Below are positions 1-13,279 of a stretch of DNA of 60,077 bases, piece by piece. The position numbers were made by a program, and so were the translations under genes. The notes beneath the pieces were generated by a model. It had not been told where the DNA came from and ran no database searches. It saw nothing but the letters and a program-made list of their open reading frames with translations. The stretch comes from Phoronis australis (Eukaryota; Animalia; Phoronida), in NCBI GenBank assembly GCA_002633005.1, contig NMRA01001072.1, positions 1 through 60,077 on the forward strand, in the 5' to 3' direction. The stretch's first letter is position 1. Each line of letters starts with the position of its first letter.

Positions 1-2040
1 GATATAAGGTCATTTATTATGACTGATGAGGTACAGAAATATGAGTGTACAAATAACATAAAGATAAAATAATAATATCACGAGAGATGTCCAAGACAGC
101 TCATGCCCATCCGCAGGGACGCACCAAAAGAAAAGGGAGGAAAAAGGAGGTTATTGTGTAGATTCGCATACTTACAGAGGCTGCTGGCAGCCGGATACCC
201 AACCCTAACTCCAGGGACCAAGGCTGGAGGGGAGGTACGTTTACCTAAGTGCTGCAACAGCTGCTGGGTGTGAACTCACCCTGGTGTCGTGGCGGTAACG
301 AATGGAACTAAAGTAAGGCTAAAAATACAAAAGTAATACATGGAAGACTGAACAAAACAATGAGACAAAGTGGCAAATAGGTAAATAGGAAAAGCAAGAT
401 ACACGGAGTGAAACGAAAGCACCATAAGTAAGATAAGGAAAGAGGTATAATTATAAGGACCCCGTAAACGAACAACAGCACGAACTGAAAATGTTACAGA
501 GGCTATGCAGGGCTACACCCGAAACACAAGAGAAAGTACCTAAGATATGAAAACAGAGCGGCTAACAGAAACTGAAGTACCCAAGGTGACAATATAAACA
601 AAATAATAGTACGAATTAATCGAGAAAAGAAACTAACCCTAAGTAAACTGGCGATATAATACAAAGTGACTAATAGGGACCGAGAGAAGTAATAAAATTT
701 GGCTAACAGAGAGAAGTGGGTAAACTGGACAATAACATAGGCAGTAAGTCGAATGAGTACAAACTAGGAACAACGTGGGGAAACTAAAAACACCCACGGA
801 CAACAACAGAAACACTAAGAAGAAATACCCTAGATATAACCGGCAATACTAATGCCAGAGGGAGGGGATGGGGGAGAGATGGGAGGAGGTAGGGGACAGA
901 GGAGAAAAAGGTGCAGGCAATACTGACACCGAAGGGGTAGGACCGAAGGGGCAGCCAATACTGAAAACGGTGAGGGAAGGGAGGTTGCAGGCAAGAATGG
1001 GCAAAACGGATGAGAGGAGGGGTAGGGGGACGGAAGANNNNNNNNNNNNNNNNNNNNNNNNNNNNNNNNNNNNNNNNNNNNNNNNNNNNNNNNNNNNNNN
1101 NNNNNNNNNNNNNNNNNNNNNNNNNNNNNNNNNNNNNNNNNNNNNNNNNNNNNNNNNNNNNNNNNNNNNNNNNNNNNNNNNNNNNNNNNNNNNNNNNNNN
1201 NNNNNNNNNNNNNNNNNNNNNNNNNNNNNNNNNNNNNNNNNNNNNNNNNNNNNNNNNNNNNNNNNNNNNNNNNNNNNNNNNNNNNNNNNNNNNNNNNNNN
1301 NNNNNNNNNNNNNNNNNNNNNNNNNNNNNNNNNNNNNNNNNNNNNNNNNNNNNNNNNNNNNNNNNNNNNNNNNNNNNNNNNNNNNNNNNNNNNNNNNNNN
1401 NNNNNNNNNNNNNNNNNNNNNNNNNNNNNNNNNNNNNNNNNNNNNNNNNNNNNNNNNNNNNNNNNNNNNNNNNNNNNNNNNNNNNNNNNNNNNNNNNNNN
1501 NNNNNNNNNNNNNNNNNNNNNNNNNNNNNNNNNNNNNNNNNNNNNNNNNNNNNNNNNNNNNNNNNNNNNNNNNNNNNNNNNNNNNNNNNNNNNNNNNNNN
1601 NNNNNNNNNNNNNNNNNNNNNNNNNNNNNNNNNNNNNNNNNNNNNNNNNNNNNNNNNNNNNNNNNNNNNNNNNNNNNNNNNNNNNNNNNNNNNNNNNNNG
1701 ACGAGACTACGGTGGAAACGTCCGGCGCTGGTGCAGAGGGCGGAGTCGAGGACGTCGCAGACGATGTAGAGGAGCGAGGGTGTGCCGGTGATGGGCGAGA
1801 ATACGGTGAGTTGGATGGACGAGCTGACTGACGAGGCATCTGAAAAAGAAAAAACGGAACAGCAGAGAGACAGATGCAAAAAAGGGGAACGACCGCCCCG
1901 GGAAGGGGTGGCCGAACCTTAGAGGTGGAGCACAATCGAGGGAAACGTGGGATGTATAAGGGAGAAAGATGGCTCTATGTATAAACACATGGACGGAACC
2001 TTAACTCAAAACACGAGAAAATATGAGCATCTTACTTATC
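1..2040 (-). mobile_element. Possible DIRS/Ngaro-type (tyrosine-recombinase) retroelement relic, gapped
   Basis: A minus-strand Ser/Pro-rich ORF start (MPRQSARPSNSPYSRPSP...) follows a pyrimidine tract/TTTCAG near 1840 and resembles gag-like N-termini of these elements. The region has strong purine skew and a minus-strand AATAAA near 13-18. No RT or YR domain is visible (gap 1038-1699), so the family call is weak. Confidence 0.3.
1038..1699. other. Assembly gap (N run); further gaps at 4785-4874, 27345-27880, 29421-29433 and 59295
   Basis: N characters in the sequence. ORF-track entries spanning them are artefacts. Confidence 0.99.
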
Positions 2041-2563
2041 AGTCTTGTGAAAATAGAATTGAAAGCATGTATACAAGTAGAAAAAAAAGATTACGCCTCT
2101 GAATGAAATTCATGTTCCTTGCTACGTAACACCTAAAAATTAGTTACAAATAACAATAAATTAACACCAAACAGATGGTCTCACAACTAAATTATAAATT
2201 TGAGCATGGTTGTCTATGGTTGGTATGAACACCGTAACAACTGATTGCGAACATAAAATGCCAGAAAAAAAAACAACACTAACATATAACCCTGTTGTTT
2301 CTGTTAAGGATTTTTGTTTTTCACTCATGCAGCAGGTTTCGAAGCTGTTTTCTCTGTATCTGAAAAAAAGCATGTGACCAACTCCACAGGAAGTTAACTC
2401 ATTCGCTTTTTAAACACATTATAGCAGATAACAGTACAGGTCACTCGAACGAAACTGTCAACACTATAGAACTGAATAACAAGAGCAACGCAGAGCGTTC
2501 AAATGCACCCACGAATGTGCCGCAAACAATGTGCCTCTAGGGATGTTTATTTGTATCATAAAA

Positions 2564-2581
2564 TGGCCAGTAGGTGGCGCA
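2564..2581 (+). promoter_or_regulatory. CTCF-like binding motif
   Basis: TGGCCAGTAGGTGGCGCA matches the CCASYAGRKGGCRS core. This is a motif match only. Confidence 0.4.
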
Positions 2582-3982
2582 AAATATGTCGAATCCATCC
2601 GAAAACGGGAACATACCATCGTTTTTAATTATAAGAAAGCTATTTACTAAATTTCACAAAAATCCATAAAGTACACACCTGAAGGGCAATCAACAACGTA
2701 CAGTTAACATAGACTGGTTTCCCAGTTGCATGACTTTCGTGATCTAATCGTTGTACCAGCTAGCTACAGCTGTTTAAAATCCTAACATGCATGCAGTCAT
2801 CTAGCATTAGGCCTGTCCTGCAAATGTATCGAGCATGATATAGCTTGCATATAAGTTAATACTGCAAAAGCTCTTATGATCTTATAAAACATATTTTCAA
2901 GGCTTTTGAATGGTGTAGAATATCGATCAAGAGGACAAAAAATAAACTTTAATTGAAGATCCACTCATTTGCCTTGGTTCACGAAACAATTAATGTACCC
3001 ACGATCAACCCCCCACCGTCATTGTCTTCCAAAACACATGCTTCTGGATCGCTGCAACTTATTGCTGACAAATATAATTTTAATGTAATTATTTAATGCG
3101 CTGTGGCACCATACACAATTTTGCTTCAAATCCGCACTTCTTCCAAACTGTTAATGTCGCAGTCGAGCTGCCTCTCTGCTGAACTGGGATATTTAACTAC
3201 CCGAGGTCAAGTAACGTGCGATTTTTCAGTCGTGCGGTTTAGTAAACATGACCACTGCACGCACTTTGTACACGCTATTTGGCTATTTGTGTCTCAGACT
3301 TAAGCAGACTTTTGTTTCTCAGGTAAGATCATTAAATACTCGTTCATTCAACAAAAATCATAAGGGGGTCGATCATGGTACATTGTCGTTTTTGCCGTAT
3401 GCACTGGGCATATCCGGCAGTCTTGCATGACTTTGAGATCGAGAATGCAGTAAGTTCACGATCAGCTTAGACATGAAATACTTACGGTCATCGTCAAAGA
3501 CTTTGGTTCTCTTACTCATGGTTGCGAATGCAGTGCGTTGACAAGAAACGTTGGTCGTAATCTTGGACTGTCAAACAGGCAGTGGACGTTATTTGAAAAT
3601 GGCGCCACCGGACAGTTGTCAGTTGGCACCTCTTGTGATTTCTCTTGCACTTGATATTTTTCATTAAAATTTTTATAGATAGATATTTCATTTATGGAAA
3701 ATCATTTTTTATTCACAGTTGTTGAAAGAAACAGCATGCCACTAAAAAACATCCAAAAAAACGATCGTTTTGATACTGTCTCAAAGCCAAAGCTTGCTAT
3801 TTTGATTCATTCATTTTCTGCCAATAACGACACAGTATGAAACACTAATTAAAAATACTAAACATTAAATGTATATATTATTGATAAATTTACTGTTATT
3901 AGTACTTTGAATTCCTCTGACAACTGAATATGTTGCAACAGAAGTCTTGATATTGAGAGTGCCAGCGTAATTTCCGTTCAAA

Positions 3983-4630
3983 ATGGCGGACAGTGAGCCC
4001 CTGGAGAAAGTAAGAGGAGGACCTTATGGAAAGTACAAAGTAAACTCATCGAGTGCTGTACCGAGGCAAACTGCGTGGAGATGGAAAAGTAAGAATAGTG
4101 CAAAAGCAGCTGAAGGGACAAGCGAAACACCACGACTCTATCGACCCAGCTTGCGGGTCGGACCTTACTGACGTTGCTGACAGCTGACGAGGCCAATGAA
4201 TAATGTCAATGACGAGCCGATCTTTGATGAAACGTGCGAGCCTGAGGCGAACAGTGCCGACTCAGAAAATCAAATGATATTTAGTGGAACTCGGATCACG
4301 CTTGCTGTCAGCCATTTCCTGTTACTAAGCTTTGTTATGCGACACGGGCTGTCTCATGAAGCGCTTGGTGACCAGCTAACATTGATCGAGTTACATCTAG
4401 TTGTACCGAATACCTTTAATACTTCAAAACAGGCATTTCATAAATTCTTTGAGAGCTTGAAGAAGCATGTGCGAAATTTTTTTTTATTGTTCGCACTGCC
4501 ACCACTTGAATGGGGGGGATAATAATGGCCACTGCACGATTACGGCTTGTGGTAAGAAGTTACCAAAAAAGCTCATATTTCGAGTATATCTATCTCTCAA
4601 GGACCAGCTTCAAGAAAAAATCATTAGTAA
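3983..4630 (+). pseudogene. Degenerate N-terminal part of an EnSpm/CACTA (CMC)-type transposase
   Basis: Three frame-broken ORFs give RGGPYGKY..VPRQTAWRWK, then IFSGTRITLAVSHFLLLSFVMRHGLSHEALGDQLTLIELH..PN and FYCSHC..CTITACGK..LSLKDQLQ. This motif order is typical of animal EnSpm-like transposases. A GTAAGT donor lies near 4627. Confidence 0.7.
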
Positions 4631-4874
4631 GTACTTAATTTCAATTTGTGTGGAATACATCATGAAGATCAGAAGACTACAAAACTTATTAGAAAGCAAA
4701 ACTAGTAATGTCTATGAGACCGTTTCACTGCACCTTTCTAATCATGAACAAACACCCCTTCAACATATGCTAACTTTAGTGCCTNNNNNNNNNNNNNNNN
4801 NNNNNNNNNNNNNNNNNNNNNNNNNNNNNNNNNNNNNNNNNNNNNNNNNNNNNNNNNNNNNNNNNNNNNNNNNN

Positions 4875-5045
4875 TGTTCAGTCATATCTAATGCATTCTA
4901 AGACTATTCAGTCATAATTCAGTCACACCACCTGTGTTAGACATTTGTTCAGTCACAGGTTGGTCATGACTGAATTGGTCAGTCACTTATCAGTCACAAA
5001 TCAGTCATGACTGAACGATCAGTCATGACTGACTGTGGGTAAGGG
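4875..5045 (+). mobile_element. Transposon end with clustered CAGTCA(T/C)/TGACTGA subterminal repeats, ending ...GTAAGGG
   Basis: About ten direct and inverted copies of TCAGTCA lie within 170 bp, followed by a CCCTTAC-type terminus. It is probably the right end of the EnSpm-like element, but the link crosses a gap. Confidence 0.5.
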
Positions 5046-7465
5046 AAGTGACTGACTAGTAAATGAAAGCAAACGACGACGTAACTTAACACAACCGAGG
5101 TAGAACAATGACTCGGTAGCTCTCACAGTCAGACTTTATGAAAACAAATTGGCGCGAAATGCTTGCCTCCTAAAACGTCACTTCCGGAGTATCGGACGAG
5201 TAATTAACAAAATTACGAAAAGCTGTAATTAAGTGGAAAATATGTCTACGATAACCAACCAACCTTATTTTAGCTCAAAATGACATGAAAAAGGGTTGCC
5301 TTCGCCTTTAAGAGTATTTTGCGGTGTAATCGGCCCTAACATTGTCAAACAAAGGTTCATCTGCGATTAAGCGATTCAGGAATCCGGCCATGGGTACTTC
5401 TTCTGGTAGGCGTAGTATAAAGAAATTAAAACGTAATACATTATGTTTAAAATTATCCACATGGTCAACCACCACCTGAGCTCTACTGCGACACCAGGTT
5501 AACGAGATTAGTGTCACCTTGTTTACTGCCACTTAACTGTTTTTGTTCCAACCGCACACGTGTCATGACATTAGTTATGCCTGCAGCACCTCGTGATGGT
5601 GTATGATTATAGCAAAGCAAATCATTAAATTTCTTCATAAGTTATGATTCTCCATACCTGACAAGGTTAAAAGAATTTCATTTCAAAAAGTCAAGAGTGT
5701 TATCAAAATGCAAAGATCAACACAGAGTAACAATGGAATTCTTCGTGAACTAATAGACAGATTACTTAACTAATTAGTAAACTAAGTAATTTGTATCGTC
5801 AATCAATTTATGGTTGAATGACAACAAAACAACAAAAGAAATACCATATTTTGTATATGTGATTAAATCGGCATTAGATAGTCTCAGTGATTCTAAGGAG
5901 CTCTACTGGATAAATAAAAACGAATTTTAAGAACATGAAATGTGTTATTGTAGTCACGTGGTCTGGTATTAATGCGCATTAAATCTTATGGAGACTTACA
6001 TGACTTTGCTTTTCCCTCAGTTAAGTTGCTTGCACTATTCCAGCTACTTCTGAAGTACGGGCAATTAGTCTTGCAGTACGGGAAAGTCGTCTTGAAGTCC
6101 GACCAGTTGTTGATTCCTACGTTGTATTTTTAATAGGCCTAATGCTGTTATCAGGGTTCGAATTTGAAGCAAGATAAAAATCTCCTTAGTTTAGCCAATG
6201 TGCTTGTATAGTAGGCTTTAATGAAAAGCTCACAAATTCTTGTTGCCATTTATTCAAGCCAATGTAGAGATTCTTGGTTTTGCTTTATTTTTAAAACGCA
6301 GAAGCACCAACATGCTTGTGAGATTTAAATTTGAATACTAACCGTGGTTGCGCAGGTTGAATCTCCAAATAGCAATAATAAGGTGACATGACTGGGCTTT
6401 GCTCCACCCGCTGGTTGGAAATACAACTAGCGCTGCTCATTATGTAAAGTTTCTGCATTGCCATCATGCTAACCTCGTAAACAAATTAAAGTTGATAAAA
6501 AACAATGGGAATTGAAGTTTATTGCAGTTGCCAACAATTTCATAACCTCACCTTTTCGTTTCTTAGTTATAGATTGTCATACAACTTGAAATGAATGTAT
6601 ATCATTCAGTTATGCTGAAGTCTAACTGCACTTTGCTTTAGCCTTTGATTAGATTATAAATGTAGGTAACGTGACATGTTTATAATTTGTACTCATGTCA
6701 TGTAGAATAGATTTGTTTTGCAGGCCAAAGTGAACCCAGGGTTAAAACACCATCCAAAAATCATCATGTAAAAATTGAATAACACGTAGCTTGGTATAAA
6801 TTTCTCCATTGAAGAATACCCGATGAGAGAGTTTAATCTCAACAGTACAGGGGATTACAGCTAAACGTGAATTATCAAAAGAAAGCTCTTGATGTATTTG
6901 GACATAAAGGATTAATTTCCAATATCACCAGGTTTCAAATAGGGGCACTCATAATCTCAGTTCAGTCGTGTTTGCCATAACTTCAAGAATTTGCATGGTG
7001 AAATGATATTGTTTATTGGGTGAACGTTAATTTGGCAAGTATTGAACAATGAGTTGGCTGATAAATTAGACGATTGAACTGCAAAATTTGCATTTTTGAT
7101 TAACTTAGATGCCGGTCACCATAGTCACATGCTGCTGTGAATACATCCGCACTTAGGCCGAGCAACCGCGAAAGGTTTGCAGACATTTTGACCGCTGTCA
7201 CCTTCACTCATACATGTTTGTATTATTGATAAATATTACAAAAAGGGTTTTTAAACAAAGAGTTGATTCAACGCCAGACACACAGACTTTCCAATGGCCA
7301 CTCGCCAGGGACATATATTTCCTGGTTCATGAACTCTGGTCACCAGTTACATATCGCGCCATCCGTGCGACGTCAGTAGCTGTAGAATATAGGTCAAGTA
7401 CTTGACCTCGATTCTCCCTATCGCAACCCGCCATTTGTTGATAGCGTCGATAACCTACTTAGCAA

Positions 7466-7482
7466 TGACTCAGGGAAATTTC
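7466..7482 (+). promoter_or_regulatory. Composite AP-1 (TGACTCA) plus NF-kB-like (GGGAAATTTC) element upstream of the ankyrin gene start
   Basis: TGACTCA (7466-7472) directly abuts GGGAAATTTC (7473-7482), about 80 nt before ATG 7564. A YY1-like CCGCCATT lies at about 7428. Confidence 0.4.
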
Positions 7483-7563
7483 TGGTAAAATCCACCAGTG
7501 TATTTTTATACGCGTGACAGTCACTGGGTGTAGAACAACTGATTCTGAGGACCAGACTTAGAT

Positions 7564-7620
7564 ATGGCTACTAACAAGAAATTGGGAAGTTTACTTGTCA
7601 GCGAGGCAGAACTGAAAACG
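7564..7620 (+). CDS. Ankyrin-repeat gene, probable first coding exon (MATNKKLGSLLVSEAELKT)
   Basis: ATGG start, 19 open codons and a phase-0 G|GTAAGA donor. The phase is compatible with the downstream phase-0 exons. Linkage to them is inferred. Confidence 0.55.
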
Positions 7621-8559
7621 GTAAGAGTTTAAATTGTACATTAACACTGCCATAAGGCACAAAACATTTTGTCTCTCAATCTGTTTGGGCCCTCGTCCGT
7701 CGCTTGATGGTTTTTGCTGAATATATGTTTATCGAAGTTTGATTATTTAACGGTCTGCATTGTGTACCTATTATATGCAAATTAGTGGTTTCTGAACTGA
7801 TGGGAGTAATATTACGTTACAAACCTTCTGAGATCCAGACGCATATCACTTTATTTCATGAGAATAATAATATTCGTTGACAAAAAGAAATTGTCAATTA
7901 GACCCTCTCGTACGGCTTTCGTAACGGCTTCACACTAAGAATTTCCAACGTCACAGTTCAGCAGGGATGGAGAAAACCACGATATATTGAAAATTGTGTA
8001 TGCCTGCCTGTCTGCAAGTATGGATTCATGCTTCCTTTTAGACAGTGAACATTATCTACGCTTATGCATAGTAGTCAGTGGCTGTAGCACCGACTGAAAA
8101 AGCGTCCATTGTTGTCAGGCCAAGCACCCATACCACCCTGTTCCTCTACTACCTAAAAGTCTTCCCCGGTCCTATTCAGATACACTCATTTCCTATAGTG
8201 ATCACTGGAATTTTTTCTTTTCTCCCATTTTTGCAAAATTTCTATTTGGATGCCAACGCTTGGGTGTTTAATTGGTGTGGTGAGTTATAAGAGTGGCAAC
8301 TAGGGGAAATGTAGTCCCGGACTATTCATCCCTCTAAATCATCTCTTAAACATACTGTCAGGCTGAAGATGTCCTTGCATTTTAAAAACGTACGAGAGTA
8401 AGAAATATTTAAGCATGGGTGTATGCCACAATAGTGGAACCTAAACTTCTAAAATCTAGTGCCTATAATCTGGTATGCTGTAAACAAGACCACACTGACT
8501 AGGTCAACTTTTTCAAATACCTGTAGCTCTGTCACTGAACACCTTTTGTTAACCCCAGC

Positions 8560-9777
8560 AAGCCAAGAAAAACACAGTGAGGCTTATTCGTGGGTATAAA
8601 GATCGGTGGCAGGGTGATATCTCAACTCTTTTCTTTTACAATAAGTAAGGCCTAGGGCAGTGTGGGCAGAATGGTATCTCTTGGACACTGGGATAAAGGC
8701 ACTGTGTTCACCTTATGAACAGTTAATTAGTTGCACAAACGACATGTCAGGTTTGTGATTAAATACCAAGAATCTACTGAGAGTTAGTTAACTAACAAAA
8801 TCTATTCAGAGTTAAAATAAACATAGCACATCATAATGTGCATACCTGTCTGTCATTCTTTGAAAATAGGCACATCTTAAAATGTAGTGATGCGTACACT
8901 ACACAAACGCTAATATCTTATTCAAAACAAATAAATTTGTGATAAACACTGGTTTAACATAACATTTCTTTGACGAATGTTGCTCAGTTACCAAGTAATA
9001 TTTTAATTTCATGGTTTTTGTAAACATGGGGGCATGTACACCACAAAAAGGGGCACGTACTGTACACTATAAAAAGGGGTATGTACACGGTACACTACAT
9101 CACTGTTTCTGCATCATATGGTAACATAATGTTGTAGGGGCATTTACTTTTCTTTGATGATAATAAGCTCCATGTTGTTATTTAAAATGCAATAATTTCA
9201 TTTGCAATCATCGTTTTTGTTATTGAATTCAACTTGGGGATACAGTGTATCTTCCCTACATTTTGTTAGACTTCTCAACATAGCAGAACCTAGTCGATAT
9301 CCAAGTTTTAAATGGTTTGTTTAGATATTGAATAATTTGCTGTGTTGCCTAATCTAACATATTCTGCAGTTCTCTATAACATTCTTTACAGTAAATGAGG
9401 ATTAGAAATACAGAATTTACAATTTCCTGACTAGTGCCTGTTTTAAGATGAACCCCACCATATCTCAATGATTGAACATAACTTGATCTAAGTGATTCTG
9501 AATGTGAATCGAGTTATTTCCAGTCCTGTCAAAACAAATGCATTCTTTATTTTCCACTGTTGACAGTTGAAAATTTAACTTTTTGAAATGGCCACTCGTA
9601 ACGCTAAATATGCATGAAATTCACTGACAAAAACATGCATAAGTTTCCCCAACACAGTCCAAGTTTGATGATTATTTTTAACTTGCTCAACTAAATAACC
9701 CTTTGCATTTGAGATTCAGTTGACATTCGTAACAGAGTCGACTCTCGAATATGGACCTTGATTGTGATTTACCGGAT
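8560..9777 (+). repeat. Unclassified interspersed repeat (inverted copy of ~52950-54400) with GTACACTAC motifs
   Basis: Reverse-complement similarity, e.g. 9540-9640 vs 53100-53200 and 9090-9120 vs 53650-53690. Boundaries are approximate. Confidence 0.65.
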
Positions 9778-11087
9778 AGTGTGTTTCGTGTCAGTTTCAT
9801 TCGGCATACCCTGTAGCTGGCATGAAAACAAAATTTCCCTCTGTCACGCGTATTCACTAGCTAAATAGTCCGTGACGCAGTACGGATTACATCGTTACAA
9901 TTTTCGTATTACAGACTAATGGAACACCGTTTGTTATTTTTGCTTCATGCGATGCACACAGTTGAGAATACACCTTTTGCAATTGCCGATTTCTAATAAA
10001 AGCCCATCAAATTCTGGTGTTTTGTAGGTCTCGTCTCATCTAAAATATCCACGACGAGAACCCTTGCCAAAACCCTACTGCATTTTTCTATATAGCCTCG
10101 CAAGGCACTCTGAGAGTTTTCTTCAGCCATAGTTGTCACAAAATCAAAAATACCTTGTTCTGTCCTGGCATATACCGCATTGCTTAAACCTTTTAAAGTT
10201 GTGGTGATGGAGACATAAATTGACATAGACAGAACTTAGATGACGAAGAGTGAGCTGGGTGTTTTGCTCTTAGTTTACCTACATATTGTTCTACATTTGG
10301 GAGCATTTCATGTTCACTTTCAGTTTGTAAAGAACTAAGGTCACGGGTTCTAATCAAATGTTTTGTAAATCTGAGTTTTGATGAAACGTGGTGACACGTA
10401 GGCCTATCAACGTAGGCACCGAGAATTCTTTACAGCGATTAAAAGCTTGCGGTGAATTAATATTTGGATGATGTTTATGTTGTTAGGCACTGCAGTGCAC
10501 TGGAAACATTGTAACTGTTATGATACAAGGAACTAAGTGTAGTTTCAACTACAAAAAACGTTTCGAGCTAGTGAGAGAAAGCTCACAGTCCTGGCTGACG
10601 AAAAAACAACGTGGCAAATGAGATCTGGCGAGCGAAAGCTTCATCGAGAATATTGCATATGAGGCAGTCCGTTGTATATCTTGAGCGAACAGTCCGCATT
10701 TTCAAACCAGCTCCTCTAACTGTTGCCTCCTAAAATGCACCTAACTCGTTGCCCACTCTGGTTAACCCGGCACCAGCTCAACTTATTGATGGATGCTGAA
10801 CTAAAAATACAAGAACCATGTATGTGTCCTGGCTGTGAATCGCATTAAATTAGATAAATGAATAACGTCAAAAATTGTCTACCAGTGCGAACTACATGTA
10901 TGTCGCTAACGTCTAGAATAAGGTCGAGTACACAGCTCAGGTACAAGATACGTCCAATGCAACGAGTCAAAATCGAATAAATTAAATGAAGACCATTCCT
11001 ATATGGTAACCTGCCATTAATAAACGTTTTCATACAAAGCGCCCTCTTGGTAATAGTGTTTGTTATTATGTATCACAATAGATTTGA

Positions 11088-13279
11088 CAGGGCTCGACGC
11101 TATTAAAATCGCCAGGTCGCATTTTGCGACCTACCCAAAATCGCAGGTCGCATTTTCAAAATCCAGCTCGCATTCGTAAATGCCAGGTCGCAAAATTTTC
11201 CCGCCATTTTTACGCGCCAAAATAGATTTTTTAGATCATCGAGAAAATGTTTAGATTATGTTCTTACCTGCAGCGTTAAATACCCACAAGTTTCGGATCT
11301 CAAAATTGACTTCATTCATGCAGGTAGGGCCTTACTGTTCTTCACGACCGCCATTGAAAGACTCTTATCTAGAGCGCAAGGCAAGTTGCCGACGTGAAAG
11401 TTGAATCAGTGCTCTCTAACTGACTTGTGCATTCGAGTAGCTAAATTTGCGATGTGAAAAGGGAGAAAATGCCCGTTGAAAAAGTATCCGGGATTTTGTT
11501 AGATCTGACCTGCTACTGGCTGTCATCCAAGTCGTTAACGATTCAAACTAACTAACCCGGGTAATGGCGAGTTTTCTTCTCAATACCTTCCAAGTACGGG
11601 AAAAATAGGTCAGTCACAAAACGACACGCATGTCACTAGTGTTAACTTTCTTTCCGAGGTATAAAACAAAGCCAGGATTTGGTTTTTACATATTGTGAAA
11701 AGACGTTTTTAAAAACTGAAGTTGTGTAAAATGAAAGTGACACACCATATAAGCTGCGTGTCAATTTTAAACCACGCGGTCGTTTGTAGTGCGCTATCAT
11801 GGGCGCTAGCTTGAAGTGTGGGCGCTTAATTTGAAATTCTCAAAATTTAAGGGGGGACTTTTAATAGATCAGTGAGCGCTTATTATGAAACACTTTAAAG
11901 GTAGGGAGTAGGCTTGTGCGTGAGTTTAGTCGTTAACCTCAGTGTTTGCGGTAATAATTAAGATATTAAAACCCTACCATGGTAAGAAACGTTATAATAA
12001 TACGATTTTGCGAGGCAAACTCCATCTAGTAGGGGTGACTTTCTGGATATCGTTACCACCTACATTGTACCCTTTTTAGCCACCCGGAATGATCTTGTTT
12101 TTAACTGCCCGCTTCAGCCGGAACAAGGTTGTTTCTATAGGAGTCTGAACATTTTACGGCGACGGTGGTTCGGGGAGCGAAAAGTTGCCGAGGGGGGGGG
12201 TGTATAAAAAGATGAATGAAAAGTTCCCTAACTTGAAGCACGATTTCGCATCTAGTGCCAGTTTAGTTGCAATACCTGGCTACGGGCATAGAATACAGGG
12301 TTTACAGAACATAGACCTAGGGAAACATCGGAACAGGAACATGTCAGTTCTGGGTTATATCGGTCCCGGGACATCGGGTATAACCGCTGGGAATCTGAGT
12401 TCATTTTCAAATAAACCAGAGCCAAGCCGGACGGGTATACTCTTTCATTTAGGACTGCCGCTGTTCTTTGAAATGGTGCGCACGCGTGAGTTCACGCACT
12501 TGAATCGCTGGAGTAGGCCTACACTTTACGTTGACAACGTAACGTGTGAAAGACACTCATATTTCGCGCACGTAGCCCCAGAAACAAGTAAAGGGTTTCA
12601 GAATTTCTTAGCAACTGAAAGTAAAGACGTGGCCGTCGTTTTGCGATTAATAAGGTTGTCATTTTCACGTTGGCTGCCTTAATACGATAAAAAGGAGAAG
12701 CACATCTCACGATTGTCTGCGGGACCGCTTGCGCGCTAACGGTGCCGCAGTGCGATATCAGGGATATTGTCGTGGATATTCGGTACATGTAATAAGGACA
12801 TCTTATGTGAAAAATAAACATTTTTGTCCACCACAAAGTTTGGTAAGTCGATCGCTTAAGAATTAATAGAAACACCGTTGTTTTGTGAAGTTTTATCACG
12901 TGTTAAGCAGTGGCCCGAAACTTTCTTCGGCGAATCCGGGAATTTACAAAAGTGGCCGAAAGTGTTAGCCAATGAAACGCGTCAAAGATCGATTCTGCAT
13001 ATCCCATGTTCACGCGACTTGCTTACAAGTCAACGGGAGGGCTGTTCTTGGTTAGTGTTCTTTTGAACTTGGATTTGGCAACAACCAAATAACGGTCGGA
13101 TTAACAAGAGCTGCTTTGTATTTGCCAGGTATCTGTTGAGAAGTGTAAAAACTCAGCTCGCATTCGTTGGAAATTCCAGGTCGCATTTTGCGACTTTATA
13201 CGAGGTGACAAAAATCTCAGCTCGCATTTCCAAATTTCAGGTCGCAAATGCGACCTGCAGCTCGTTATGTCGAGCCCTG
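11088..13279. mobile_element. Non-autonomous hAT-like DNA transposon with 5-bp TSD
   Basis: TIR CAGGGCTCGAC...GTCGAGCCCTG, with TTTGA duplicated at 11083-11087 and 13280-13284. Multiple (G/C)TCGCATT subterminal repeats lie at both ends. The empty site CCATAGTTTGAATGTAAC is present in copy B (~29954). Confidence 0.85.

Noticed and set aside
784-1935. Long ORFs in the ORF track (also 27149-28036 and neighbours)
   Set aside because: Their length comes from N runs translated as X.
12185-12682. 165-aa ORF inside the hAT-like element
   Set aside because: Non-ATG start and no transposase or other domain motifs.
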